Made by a program: the position numbers and the translations under genes. Of a DNA stretch of 47,254 nucleotides, positions 9,377 through 19,089 are shown in pieces. This DNA is from a bacterium (GTDB lineage Bacteria; Patescibacteriota; Minisyncoccia; Phycocordibacterales; UBA2100). The stretch's first letter is position 1, and each line of letters begins with the position of its first letter. Location of the stretch: assembly GCA_021781955.1 (NCBI GenBank), contig JAJXVV010000006.1:1-47254 (forward strand), read 5' to 3'. The notes under the pieces are model-generated. The model searched no databases. It saw nothing but the letters and a program-made list of their open reading frames with translations, and was not told the DNA's origin.

Positions 9377-10624
9377 TTATTGCGCATTGAGTATCTCAAC
9401 CGCCTTATCCATTTGCGGATCTTTCCCTGCCGCGATATCCGCATCGGTAACGGGCACCACGACGTCTGGCGTAATGCCGCTGTGCGGGATCTGCGCGCCG
9501 TCAGGCCCGAGCCAGCGAGCGACGGTGATCTTGAGCGAGGTGTCCGCCGTTATCGGGAACAACTCTTGCACGACTCCTTTGCCGAACGTATCGGTCCCGA
9601 CCAGGGTCGCGATGCCGTACGTGCGGAGTGCCTTCGAGAGGATCTCGGAAGCCGATGCCGTCCCTCCGTCCACAAGAATGACCATCTTCAGGTTCTTATT
9701 GAAGACGTCGTAGCCGTAGGATCGATGCACGACGTTCGGTTGATGCCCGGCATAATCTTCGGTCACGATAATATCCCCGGTGGGCAAGAACCAGCTCGCG
9801 GCTTGCACCGCTGCCTCAAGGTATCCGCCCGGATTGCCACGGAGATCAAGCACGAGCTTCGTGTCGCCGGAGAGGGCGAATTCGCGCAAAGCGTTGCGGA
9901 AAAGGTCCGGCGAGTTCGAGGTGAATTCCGCGAATGTGATCACGAACACGCCATCAGGCCGAGCGGTGGTCGTGACGATGGGCACATTGATGACGTCGCG
10001 CATTACCTGAATGTCCTTCGGCGTGCTCCACCCCGAACGTGCGACGGTGAGCGTCACGATGCTCCCCTTCGGGCCGCGGATCTGCTGCACGGCGGTCGTC
10101 ACGTCGAGGCCCGCGGTTGAGGTACCGTTGATCTTAAGTATCTGGTCGCCCGCCTTGATGCCTGCCCGATCGGCAGGGGTACCCTTAAGTGGCGAAACGA
10201 CCGTCAACACGCCGTTCTTGACGTCGATCTCCATGCCGACCCCCTCGAAGGAGCCGCTCATATCGGAGGCGAACTGCGTATTTTGCGTCGGCGGCAGGAA
10301 GAAGGTGTACGGATCGTTGAGCGAGTCGGCAAGGCCGCTGATCATGCCGTATACCTTTTGCTGATCGAGGCCGCTGGTCGTAGTCGCGATGGGAGAGGAA
10401 GTCGCGACCGCAGCCGGAACGAAATTCTCATTGAGCAGGTTCCACGCTTTCCACACGGGCGAGAAGTCGACCCCCTGCGGCTCACTGCCGTCGACTGAAA
10501 GGCGCGCGGCCGCCACGTTCTGGTTCGAACCAATGAGAAAGCCGACCGCAAAGCCGGCAGCGACGGCAACGATACCCCCGACGAGGATCGCGCGCACGGT
10601 CAGGGTCTTTGGGCCCATTTGCAT
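9377..10624 (-). CDS. S41 family C-terminal processing peptidase (PDZ plus protease)
   Basis: LDLRGNPGG, TASASEI, TFGKG and GITPD motifs; N-terminal TM helix. Confidence 0.93.
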   Translation of the reverse strand: MQMGPKTLTVRAILVGGIVAVAAGFAVGFLIGSNQNVAAARLSVDGSEPQGVDFSPVWKAWNLLNENFVPAAVATSSPIATTTSGLDQQKVYGMISGLADSLNDPYTFFLPPTQNTQFASDMSGSFEGVGMEIDVKNGVLTVVSPLKGTPADRAGIKAGDQILKINGTSTAGLDVTTAVQQIRGPKGSIVTLTVARSGWSTPKDIQVMRDVINVPIVTTTARPDGVFVITFAEFTSNSPDLFRNALREFALSGDTKLVLDLRGNPGGYLEAAVQAASWFLPTGDIIVTEDYAGHQPNVVHRSYGYDVFNKNLKMVILVDGGTASASEILSKALRTYGIATLVGTDTFGKGVVQELFPITADTSLKITVARWLGPDGAQIPHSGITPDVVVPVTDADIAAGKDPQMDKAVEILNAQ

Positions 10625-10720
10625 ACGGCGATTATCGCAGATGGCGTCGTTCGGGTCAAAAGCCTGCGGCTGTGGGCATCTCGGCGATCACCTGCTCGAT
10701 TTTTAGCGTATACTGGTGCG

Positions 10721-11632
10721 ATGCGGACCCGGCACACCTACAAAGACCTCGTCTGGATCGACCTCGAATCTCCCGACCGTGACGAAGTGCAGGACATCGT
10801 CGACGAGTTCCATGTCGAGCCGTTCGTCGCCCAAGAGCTGCTCTTGCCGTCTACAAAACCGCGTGCCGAGGTGTACCCTGCGCACCTCTACCTCGTGCTC
10901 CACTTCCCTGCCCTTCGTCACAGCCATAGATCGCGTGAGCAGGAGATCGATTTTATCGTGGGCAAGCGCTTTATCGTCACGACGCGGTACGATACGATCG
11001 ACCCGCTGCATAAGTTCTCGAAACTCTTCGAGGTCGACTCAACGCTCGAACGCGGGATTATCGGCGATCACGCAGGATACGTGCTCTTTTCAATGCTGAA
11101 ACGCCTGTACAAGGCGGTGGAGCACGAGCTTGAGTACATCAATCACGACCTGGGGGTCATCGAAGAACACATCTTCTCCGGCCGCGAGGTCGCCATGGTG
11201 GAGCCGATTTCCCGTTCCGCGCGCGACTTGCTCAATTTGCGCCAAGTCATCGAGCCGCACCGGGAGGTCTTGCGCGAACTCGAGCTCGAAGGCGCGAAGT
11301 TCTTCGGTGAAGATTTCGCCCCTTACCTGCGCTCGATATCCAACGAATACTACCGGGTCCACAATCATGTCATGCGCGAGACCGAATCGCTCCACGAACT
11401 CCGCGAGACCAACAACTCGCTCCTCTCGACACGAGAGAACGAGACGATGCGCATCCTTACCATCATGGCGCTCCTCACCTTCCCGCTGTCGCTCATCGTC
11501 GCGATACTCGAATCAAACACGAGCGCAAATCCGCTCCACGGCCAGCCTTACGACTTTTGGATCATCATCGGCATCGTTGCGGCCGTAGGTCTCGCCATGG
11601 TTATGTACTTCCGGCACAAGGAGTGGCTGTGA
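10721..11632 (+). CDS. corA: CorA family divalent cation transporter
   Basis: WIDLESP N-terminus, NETMRILT followed by two C-terminal TM helices; the canonical GMN appears as ESN. Confidence 0.85.
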   Translation: MRTRHTYKDLVWIDLESPDRDEVQDIVDEFHVEPFVAQELLLPSTKPRAEVYPAHLYLVLHFPALRHSHRSREQEIDFIVGKRFIVTTRYDTIDPLHKFSKLFEVDSTLERGIIGDHAGYVLFSMLKRLYKAVEHELEYINHDLGVIEEHIFSGREVAMVEPISRSARDLLNLRQVIEPHREVLRELELEGAKFFGEDFAPYLRSISNEYYRVHNHVMRETESLHELRETNNSLLSTRENETMRILTIMALLTFPLSLIVAILESNTSANPLHGQPYDFWIIIGIVAAVGLAMVMYFRHKEWL

Positions 11633-11634
11633 GT

Positions 11635-13110
11635 ATGGATATCGTCGCACGGTTCCGCGCGTGGCTCCGTCTCGACCGCGCTCCCCAGCTTTCTTTTTTC
11701 AACACGATGGGCAAAGAAAAGCAGCGATTCCTGCCCGTACCAGACGCAAAAGAAGTGCGCATGTACAATTGCGGCCCGACCGTGTACGGACGGCAGCATA
11801 TCGGCAATCTCTCCATGTTCGTCTTCACCGACGTGCTGCGCCGCGTTCTCGAGTACAACGACCTGCAGGTGAAGCAAGTCATCAACATCACCGATTTCGG
11901 GCACCTGTCCTCCGACGCCGACGAAGGCGAGGACAAGATGTCGATAGGCCTCCGGCGCGAAGGCCTTGAGCCGACGCTCGAGAATATGCATGCGCTCGCG
12001 GAAAAGTACGCGGCGCTCTTTTTCAACGACATCAAGGCGCTCAACGTCCGCACGGAAAAGATACAATTCCCGCGCGCATCCGAACACGTGCCCGGACAGA
12101 TCGCGATGATACGCACTCTCGAGGAAAAAGGGTACGCCTACCGCACGCCGGAAGGCATGTACTTCGACACGGCGCGCTTCCCCGAATACGGCAAGCTGGG
12201 CGATATCGACCTTGCCGGTCTCCGAGCAGGTGCGCGCGTCGCGTCCTCGCACAAAAAGAATCCTACCGACTTCATTTTGTGGAAGAGCAGTGACGGCCTT
12301 GGCTGGGATTCGCCGTGGGGCAAGGGCTTCCCCGGCTGGCACATCGAGTGCTCGGCGATGGTGCGCGCCACGCTCGGCCAACAGATTGACATCCATACGG
12401 GCGGGATCGAGCACATTCCCGTGCACCACAACAACGAGATCGCCCAATCCGAGTGCGCGACCGGCAAGCGCCCCTTTTCCCGCTTTTGGCTGCATCGCGC
12501 GCACCTGCAGCTCGCGGGCGCGAAAATCGCGAAGTCAGAGGGCAACGTGGTCTACCTCCCCGACATCATCGAGCGCGGTTTCCACCCGCTGTCGCTGCGC
12601 TACCTCCTGCTTGGCGCGCACTATCGCACGCCGGCCAACTTCACCTGGGACGCACTGGATGCCTCGCAGCGGGCTTATGCAAAACTGCTCGCGCTCTTTC
12701 TCCCGCTCCCGAACGAAAATGCCGAGGTACCAGCGCGCTGGAAGGCAAGATTCCTTGCGCGCATCGATGACGACCTCGACACGCCCGGAGCGCTCGCGAC
12801 GCTTTGGGAGATGACGAAGGACAAAACCCTCTCCCCTGCGCAATTGCGCGCCGCGCTCCTCGACTTCGATCGCGTCCTTGGTTTGGATTTCGCGGAGCCC
12901 GACGAGGCGGCGAGAAAATTGGCCGCGGCGGATTCTGAGAACGAGATCTCCCTCGAATCACTCCCTGAGGAGGTGCGGCAGCTTGTGAACGAGCGCGAGG
13001 TCGCTCGCGCCAACAAGAACTACCCGGCCGCAGACGCGCTTCGCTCTCGCATCGAGGACTTAGGCTACAAGCTCAAGGACGGAGAGGTGCCGCGAACTTT
13101 CAAGCTCTGA
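11635..13110 (+). CDS. cysS: Cysteine--tRNA ligase
   Basis: YNCGPTVY..HIGN, GFPGWHIECSAM, HHNNEIAQS and KIAKS motifs. Confidence 0.96.
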   Translation: MDIVARFRAWLRLDRAPQLSFFNTMGKEKQRFLPVPDAKEVRMYNCGPTVYGRQHIGNLSMFVFTDVLRRVLEYNDLQVKQVINITDFGHLSSDADEGEDKMSIGLRREGLEPTLENMHALAEKYAALFFNDIKALNVRTEKIQFPRASEHVPGQIAMIRTLEEKGYAYRTPEGMYFDTARFPEYGKLGDIDLAGLRAGARVASSHKKNPTDFILWKSSDGLGWDSPWGKGFPGWHIECSAMVRATLGQQIDIHTGGIEHIPVHHNNEIAQSECATGKRPFSRFWLHRAHLQLAGAKIAKSEGNVVYLPDIIERGFHPLSLRYLLLGAHYRTPANFTWDALDASQRAYAKLLALFLPLPNENAEVPARWKARFLARIDDDLDTPGALATLWEMTKDKTLSPAQLRAALLDFDRVLGLDFAEPDEAARKLAAADSENEISLESLPEEVRQLVNEREVARANKNYPAADALRSRIEDLGYKLKDGEVPRTFKL

Positions 13111-13116
13111 CATCAC

Positions 13117-15972
13117 TCACCCTTTGACGACGAAGTTGACCAATCTACCCGGGACCGCAACGGTGCGGACGATCTCCTTTCCGTCCAGTCGTTGCGCGAC
13201 CGACTGCTTTGCCGCCGCCTCCATAGCCTCCCCTGACGCACCAGCGGCCACCCGTGCCTCACCGCGAGTCTTGCCGTTGATTTGCACCGCGATCGTAATG
13301 GTCGCGTCACGAGTCTTCGCTTCGTCGTACTCCGGCCAGCCTTCGAGGTGGATGGACTTCTTTTTTCCGGACAGCGACCAGAGTTCTTCGGCCATATGCG
13401 GCGAGAACGGTGCGAGCAATTTGAGGAATGCTGCCCATTGCTTTTTCTCGACAGCTTTATATTCCTCGATATCGTTCAAGAACATCATCAGCTGCGCGAT
13501 GGCGGTATTGAATTTCATCGCGGCGATATCCTCTCCCACCTTCTTGATGGTCTTATTGAGCGGCACCTCGAGCTCGGGGACATTCTTCGCACCGACATAC
13601 TCCTGCGCGCGCCACACGCGCTCGAGGAAGCGGCGTACACCGACGACGCCGTCCGGATTCCATGGATAGCTCGATACCTCGTTGTATGGGCCGATGAACG
13701 CCAAATACATGCGCACCGTATCAGCGCCGAGCGTTCGGACGACCTCGTCGGGGTCGATGACATTGCCGCGCGATTTACTCATCTTTTGGCCGTCAGGCCC
13801 CAAGATGATAGAGCGATTCATGCGGTGCGTATACGGCTCCGATTCGCGAACGAGCTTCAGGTCATAGAGCGCCTTGTGCCAAAAGCGCGAATAGAGCAGG
13901 TGCATCGTCGTGTGCTCCGCGCCGCCCGAATACAGATCGACCGGCATCCAGTTCGCGAGCTTCTTCGTGTCCGCGAATCTCGTTTTGTTCTTCGGGTCCG
14001 CGTAGCGGAGAAAGTACCAAGAAGAATCGACGAACGTATCGAGCGTGTCTGTCTCGCGCTGCGCTTTTCCCTTGCACTTCGGGCACTTCACGTTCACGAA
14101 GGTCTTCGCCTTCGCGAGCGGGGAACGGCCGCTGCCGTCTGGTAGATAATCGCGGACGGCGGGCAACCTCACCGGCAAGTCTTTCTCCGCTACTGGGATC
14201 GTGCCGCAACTCGCACAGTGGATGATCGGTATCGGTACGCCCCAGTATCGCTGTCGCGAGACGATCCAGTCGCGCAGGCGGTAGGTCGTCTTTGAACGCC
14301 CGTATCTCTGCGTCAGGCTCCTCCGAGCCTCTTCGGCGGTCGATCCGGTGAATTCGCCCGAATCTGCGAGAATGCCGTCGCCCGTGTAGGCAGATCCCGC
14401 ACTATGTATGCGCGAAAGAACAATGTCGAGCTCCGCGTGCGTCATCCGATCCCAGGTTAGCTCCAGGGGATCGAGCCACACGACCTCGTGAGCAGCGGTT
14501 TCGTCGGCGCGCACCTCCTCGCGCGTGGTGTTCGCGTCGAGCTCGAACAGGACGCTCGTACCGAGCGCGATACGGTTTACATCCTTATGCGCCGCAAAGA
14601 ATTCAGTGTATATCGGGCCGCCCAACGACCTCACAAGCTTCAGATTCGTATAACCGGTCTCTTCATGTATCTCACGCCGTGCGGCCTCTACCCAACTCTC
14701 CCCCTCCTCGACGCCGCCGACGACGAAGGTTGTCCACGGATGCTTTTTCCATCGGAGACAAAGGAACTTGTTGGTCGCCGGGTCTCGAACGATACCGAGT
14801 ATCGTCTTCCGGAACACGACATCCTTGCCCGGACGATGCGGGTTGCGTTCATCGACAACGCGAGGGGCGATCACGTGCCGGATCGGAAGATCAAACTTCT
14901 TCGCGAACTCGAAGTCGCGCTCGTCGTGCGCCGGCACGGCCATGATGGCGCCCGTGCCGTACGAACCGATCACATAATCGGCGACCCACACAGGGATCGC
15001 TTCGCCGTTCGCGGGATTGATGGCCTTCACGCCCTTGAGCTCAATGCCGGTCTTTTCTCTGCTCTCCTGCCGCTCAAGCTCGGTTTTTTTGTCGGCAGAA
15101 GCGACGTACTTCCCTACCTCGTCCGCGTTTGTTATTCCGGCGAACGGACCGTCCTTCTTGAGCGCCGCGATCACGAAAGGGTGTTCCGGCGCGAGCACCA
15201 GGTACGTGCAGCCGAAAAGCGTGTCGGCGCGCGTGGTGAATACGGTGACGCTCTCTTCGCTACGGGCTATCTTGAAATCGATCTCGGCGCCCTCAGAGCG
15301 GCCTATCCAGTTGCGCTGGGATTCTTTGATCTGCTCCGGCCAGTCGAGCGTATCGAGGTCGTCTATGAGGCAATTGGCGTAATCGGTTATCTTCACGTTC
15401 CACTGGAGCATCTGCTTTTGCACGATCTCGCTGTCGCAACGCTCGCAGCGGCCGTTCACGACTTGCTCGTTGGCGAGCACGGTCTTGTCCTTCGGGCACC
15501 AGTTGACCGCCGTCTCCTTCTGATAGGCCAACCCTTTTTTATAGAGCTGCAAAAAAAGCCACTGCGTCCATTTGTAGTAGGCAGGGTCGATGGTGGAGAC
15601 TTTGCGCGACCAGTCGAACGACGCGCCCATCGACTGTATCTGCTTCGTCATGTACGTCATGTTCTTTTCCGTCCACGTGCGCGGATTGAGACCGTGCTTG
15701 ATCGCGGCGTTCTCCGCAGGCAGACCGAACGCGTCGAATCCGATGGGGTAGAGCACGTTCTTCCCTTCCATCCGCATTTTCCGCGCGAGAATGTCCGGCA
15801 CGGCAAAGGCGTACCAGTGCCCGACATGCAAATTACCCGAAGGGTACGGGAACTCGACGAGCAGGTAGAAATTGTCCTTGCCGGGCGCTGTATCAGGCGT
15901 CGTGTAGATCTTGTGCCTCGCCCAATACTGCTGCCATTTCTTCTCGATCTTTTTGTGGTCGTAGGGCTTCAT
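13117..15972 (-). CDS. leuS: Leucine--tRNA ligase with an inserted Nudix hydrolase domain
   Basis: FPYPSG.LHVGH, TTRADT editing motif, AVPAHDERD, SRQRYWG and KMSKS; Nudix box GGVEEGESWVEAARREIHEETGY at about 14650-14718. ATG start at 15972. Confidence 0.95.
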   Translation of the reverse strand: MKPYDHKKIEKKWQQYWARHKIYTTPDTAPGKDNFYLLVEFPYPSGNLHVGHWYAFAVPDILARKMRMEGKNVLYPIGFDAFGLPAENAAIKHGLNPRTWTEKNMTYMTKQIQSMGASFDWSRKVSTIDPAYYKWTQWLFLQLYKKGLAYQKETAVNWCPKDKTVLANEQVVNGRCERCDSEIVQKQMLQWNVKITDYANCLIDDLDTLDWPEQIKESQRNWIGRSEGAEIDFKIARSEESVTVFTTRADTLFGCTYLVLAPEHPFVIAALKKDGPFAGITNADEVGKYVASADKKTELERQESREKTGIELKGVKAINPANGEAIPVWVADYVIGSYGTGAIMAVPAHDERDFEFAKKFDLPIRHVIAPRVVDERNPHRPGKDVVFRKTILGIVRDPATNKFLCLRWKKHPWTTFVVGGVEEGESWVEAARREIHEETGYTNLKLVRSLGGPIYTEFFAAHKDVNRIALGTSVLFELDANTTREEVRADETAAHEVVWLDPLELTWDRMTHAELDIVLSRIHSAGSAYTGDGILADSGEFTGSTAEEARRSLTQRYGRSKTTYRLRDWIVSRQRYWGVPIPIIHCASCGTIPVAEKDLPVRLPAVRDYLPDGSGRSPLAKAKTFVNVKCPKCKGKAQRETDTLDTFVDSSWYFLRYADPKNKTRFADTKKLANWMPVDLYSGGAEHTTMHLLYSRFWHKALYDLKLVRESEPYTHRMNRSIILGPDGQKMSKSRGNVIDPDEVVRTLGADTVRMYLAFIGPYNEVSSYPWNPDGVVGVRRFLERVWRAQEYVGAKNVPELEVPLNKTIKKVGEDIAAMKFNTAIAQLMMFLNDIEEYKAVEKKQWAAFLKLLAPFSPHMAEELWSLSGKKKSIHLEGWPEYDEAKTRDATITIAVQINGKTRGEARVAAGASGEAMEAAAKQSVAQRLDGKEIVRTVAVPGRLVNFVVKG

Positions 15973-16036
15973 TGAGCCAAAGAATAGCACAAAGCCGCGC
16001 GGGCGCTACTTTTCCGCGCAGCCATGCCCGCCCACG

Positions 16037-17008
16037 TCATTTCGCGGGCACGAGCTTGGAGAGCGGCGAATACAACTGCGGATCGATGGTGCGGTCGAAG
16101 CACTGGTGCCCGGCATCGTGCCACCAATTATCCGAGATCGGGGTCCCCTTCGCGCCAATGGCGACCGGCGCCATCGGATACGTTCGTGCGTCTGACGCGC
16201 CGTATGTTTGGGTCATCGCGTTGAACGTCGCGCACAGCTTGAAAGAGCGCGCGCTCGCCGTCGCGTACTCGTACGCAGCCCCGGTCTGCACGTCGGTCGG
16301 CACCGTGAAGCCGCCCAGCGGGTCATTCAGCTCGGCGAGCGTCGGGGGCAGCGTTTCCTTGGCCTGCCAGTAGGTGACGATATGACTTTGTATCTCTTGC
16401 AAGTCGCTCACGCGCTGCTCGTCGTAGCGGTACTGCCGCGCCTGGTATGGCGTGCCGAACATCACGAATCCCGCGACGACCGCGAACGCGGCAAGCGCCG
16501 CGACCGAGTAACAGACCATGCGCTTTCGAGCCTCGTTCTTTTCCCAGTAACCCCAGTAGTCCGCGATGAAATGCATGAATGCGATCGCGGCGACGGACAA
16601 GAGCAGCAGCGATTTGAGCAGGAAACTCAGAGTGAGTTCTTCTCCGGTAAAGAATGCCGCGAGTAACGAGATAAGATCTCCCGCCATTGCCGCACCTGCC
16701 ACGAAGAGCGTAAGGATGAGCGCCCAACGGCGCACCCAAATGTCCGCGCGGGCATGGTCACGCACGATGTCCCTCCTGATGAGCCGCATCAGGATCGCGT
16801 ATATCGGGAACAGCACCACGATGGCGGCCATCTCATTGCCGATGCCGCTGTCGTAGGGATTGGGCGAGAGGTACGAAAGAGGGTCCGGGAACGCGTAACT
16901 GATGTAATTGAAGAAGAGGAGTATGAAAGCGATCACGCTCCAGTACAGTGCCACCATGGCGCCGGCCCAGAGGAAGAAATCCTTCGGCGTGACCTTTGGC
17001 TTGTCCAT
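16037..17008 (-). CDS. Membrane protein, DUF5671-like
   Basis: PKDFFL start, about five TM helices, RYDEQRVSDLQEIQ..I..Y..LP.TL.EL and C-terminal HDAGHQCFDRTID. Confidence 0.7.
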   Translation of the reverse strand: MDKPKVTPKDFFLWAGAMVALYWSVIAFILLFFNYISYAFPDPLSYLSPNPYDSGIGNEMAAIVVLFPIYAILMRLIRRDIVRDHARADIWVRRWALILTLFVAGAAMAGDLISLLAAFFTGEELTLSFLLKSLLLLSVAAIAFMHFIADYWGYWEKNEARKRMVCYSVAALAAFAVVAGFVMFGTPYQARQYRYDEQRVSDLQEIQSHIVTYWQAKETLPPTLAELNDPLGGFTVPTDVQTGAAYEYATASARSFKLCATFNAMTQTYGASDARTYPMAPVAIGAKGTPISDNWWHDAGHQCFDRTIDPQLYSPLSKLVPAK

Positions 17009-17062
17009 GGCACCAATGGTAGCCCGCCGCGAAACAAGGCACAATATGGCCTCCGGAACAAC

Positions 17063-18163
17063 TCAGGAATGCCTGAACTCAACGACATCACCGTCTTGCA
17101 TGACGTACTCCTTACCTTCGCTGCGCACCAATCCCCTCTCGCGCGCCTTGCCCCACGAGCCCGCCGCGAGCAGAACGTCCCACGCGATGACCTCCGCGCG
17201 GATGAATTTGTCGCGGAAATCGCTGTGTATCGCCGCGCCAGCTTCGGGGGCGGTCGCTCCTCTGGGAATGGTCCACGCGCGGCTCTCCTTCTCGCCCGTG
17301 GTGAGGAACGAGATGAGGTCGAGCAGCGCGTAACCGGCTTTGATGAGCGCGTCTATCCCATCATCCACGACACCGAGTTCTCGACGGAAATCGGCGCGTT
17401 CATCGTTGCCGACGTCAGAGAGCTCGTTCTCGACACCCGCATCGACAAATACATATCCCGCACCGGAGGAGTCGAGGAACTCCTTGAGCTCGCGCCACCG
17501 TTCGCCCTGTTCGGCGTCCACGTTCACGTTGCCGCTCTTACGATTGAGCACGTACAGGATCGGCTTCATCGTGAGCAGGTGAAGTCCTTTGGCGACGAGC
17601 TTCTCGCCCTCGTCGAGGGCGACCGTGCGCGCCGGCTTCCCTGTCTGCAGGACTGGCACGAGTTTGCGCAACACGTCGCGCTCGGCGACAAGGTCTTTGT
17701 CGCCGCCTTTCGCATCACGCTCGACGCGCTCGAGCCGTTTCTCCGCGACTTGCAGGTCCGCGAGCACCAGTTCCATGTCGATGATCTCGATGTCATGCCG
17801 CGGATCCACTTGACCGGCGACGTGATGCACGTCCTCGTCGTCGAACATGCGGACCACTTCGGCGATAGCGTCAGTTTCTCTGATGTGCTGCAAGAATTGA
17901 TTGCCGAGACCTTCGCCCTCGGAGGCGCCTTTCACGAGCCCCGCTATATCGACGAACTCCACCGCTGCCGGCACTTTCTTTTCCGAATGCGACATGTCCG
18001 CGAGCCGATCAAGGCGATGATCGGGCACCGCGACGATGCCGACCGACGGGTCGATCGTGCAAAACGGATAATTCTCCGCAGGCACTCCCTTGCGCGTCAG
18101 CGCATTAAAAAGCGTCGATTTACCGACGTTGGGCAACCCGACGATGCCGATACTCAATGCCAT
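17063..18163 (-). CDS. ychF: Redox-regulated ribosome-binding ATPase YchF
   Basis: GIVGLPNVGKSTLFNALT, NYPFCTIDP, DIAGLVKGAS and TGS domain. Confidence 0.97.
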   Translation of the reverse strand: MALSIGIVGLPNVGKSTLFNALTRKGVPAENYPFCTIDPSVGIVAVPDHRLDRLADMSHSEKKVPAAVEFVDIAGLVKGASEGEGLGNQFLQHIRETDAIAEVVRMFDDEDVHHVAGQVDPRHDIEIIDMELVLADLQVAEKRLERVERDAKGGDKDLVAERDVLRKLVPVLQTGKPARTVALDEGEKLVAKGLHLLTMKPILYVLNRKSGNVNVDAEQGERWRELKEFLDSSGAGYVFVDAGVENELSDVGNDERADFRRELGVVDDGIDALIKAGYALLDLISFLTTGEKESRAWTIPRGATAPEAGAAIHSDFRDKFIRAEVIAWDVLLAAGSWGKARERGLVRSEGKEYVMQDGDVVEFRHS

Positions 18164-18200
18164 CGGCCTATACTAGCCGAAAAAGAGGGCCGACGCACGC

Positions 18201-18770
18201 CTACGGCCAGGGTTTGAAGCGCTCGGATCTTTCAGACTCTTCCGCGAACTGTTTTTCTTCATCGGCGATACTGTCCTCATGCGCGCGATCCGTGTCGAAG
18301 TCGTCTACCCGGTCGTGCCGGCCGACCTGACCGAGCGAGAACGATCGGACGGTCTTCATGCTGAAGTAGAATGCGGACAAAAAGACAAGCGCGATGGCGA
18401 TACGAAGCACGAACGCGAGCGAGGTCGCGTTCCCGTAATCCCCCAGCGCCCACGACGCGTAGATACCGGCGCCTACGGCAGAAATGAGCGCATCGCCGAC
18501 GCTCACGAGCCATTCGCGCGGCGAGGTGAGTGCCGCGAAGCCGACAGCCGCGAGCGAACCCATCACCTCATACGGAAGCTCGGCCCGCAGATCGTGGCCA
18601 TAGAGCGGAGAGGCGATGAGAAGCAATCCCACAGCGACGAGGATAAGCTGACGCGACGCGTCGCCGCTATAGTGCGGAATGCGGGTGCCGAGCGGTTCGT
18701 ACGCGTACCCCAGAAGCGCGTCCTGCTCTTCTTCCCTGCGGATATCCGACACCTCCTCTCCCCTGGCCAT
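18201..18770 (-). CDS. Hypothetical four-TM membrane protein
   Basis: ATG at 18770 preceded by a CATAAT -10 box; IPHYSGD followed by four hydrophobic segments. Confidence 0.7.
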   Translation of the reverse strand: MARGEEVSDIRREEEQDALLGYAYEPLGTRIPHYSGDASRQLILVAVGLLLIASPLYGHDLRAELPYEVMGSLAAVGFAALTSPREWLVSVGDALISAVGAGIYASWALGDYGNATSLAFVLRIAIALVFLSAFYFSMKTVRSFSLGQVGRHDRVDDFDTDRAHEDSIADEEKQFAEESERSERFKPWP

Positions 18771-18790
18771 ATGCGTTGTATTATGGCACG

Positions 18791-19084
18791 CTAGCGCTGC
18801 GCAGCAAGCGTGAGCAGTGCTCGCTCGTCGTCCGCTCCGGAGGCCGAAACAACGCGCTTCGCGCCGCACCGCATGCAGCGATGCACGATGCGGTAGCGCG
18901 GCGACGAGCCTTCGAGCGCGACAGGTTCCATCATGCCGCCACATGGTTCGGCGCGATCTCCCGGCTCTCTGTCCACATGCTTGCTCCACAAACAGCGCGG
19001 GCAGTGATTGGTATAACCGTTGCCGCTCACCTGAGCGGCGCAGTGCTCGCAGGTGAAATCCTCGACGCGGCGAGTGAATCCCAT
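18791..19084 (-). CDS. RNHCP domain zinc-binding protein
   Basis: FTCEHC..GYTNHCPRCLWSKHVD..PGDRA..CGGMM..HRC..CG. Confidence 0.9.
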   Translation of the reverse strand: MGFTRRVEDFTCEHCAAQVSGNGYTNHCPRCLWSKHVDREPGDRAEPCGGMMEPVALEGSSPRYRIVHRCMRCGAKRVVSASGADDERALLTLAAQR

Positions 19085-19089
19085 GTTCA

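Noticed and set aside
14488-15975. Long antisense ORFs (also 16754-18217, 27035-28147, 29328-30494, 36744-38117 and others)
   Set aside because: They mirror well-identified genes on the other strand, as expected in high-GC DNA, and show no motifs.
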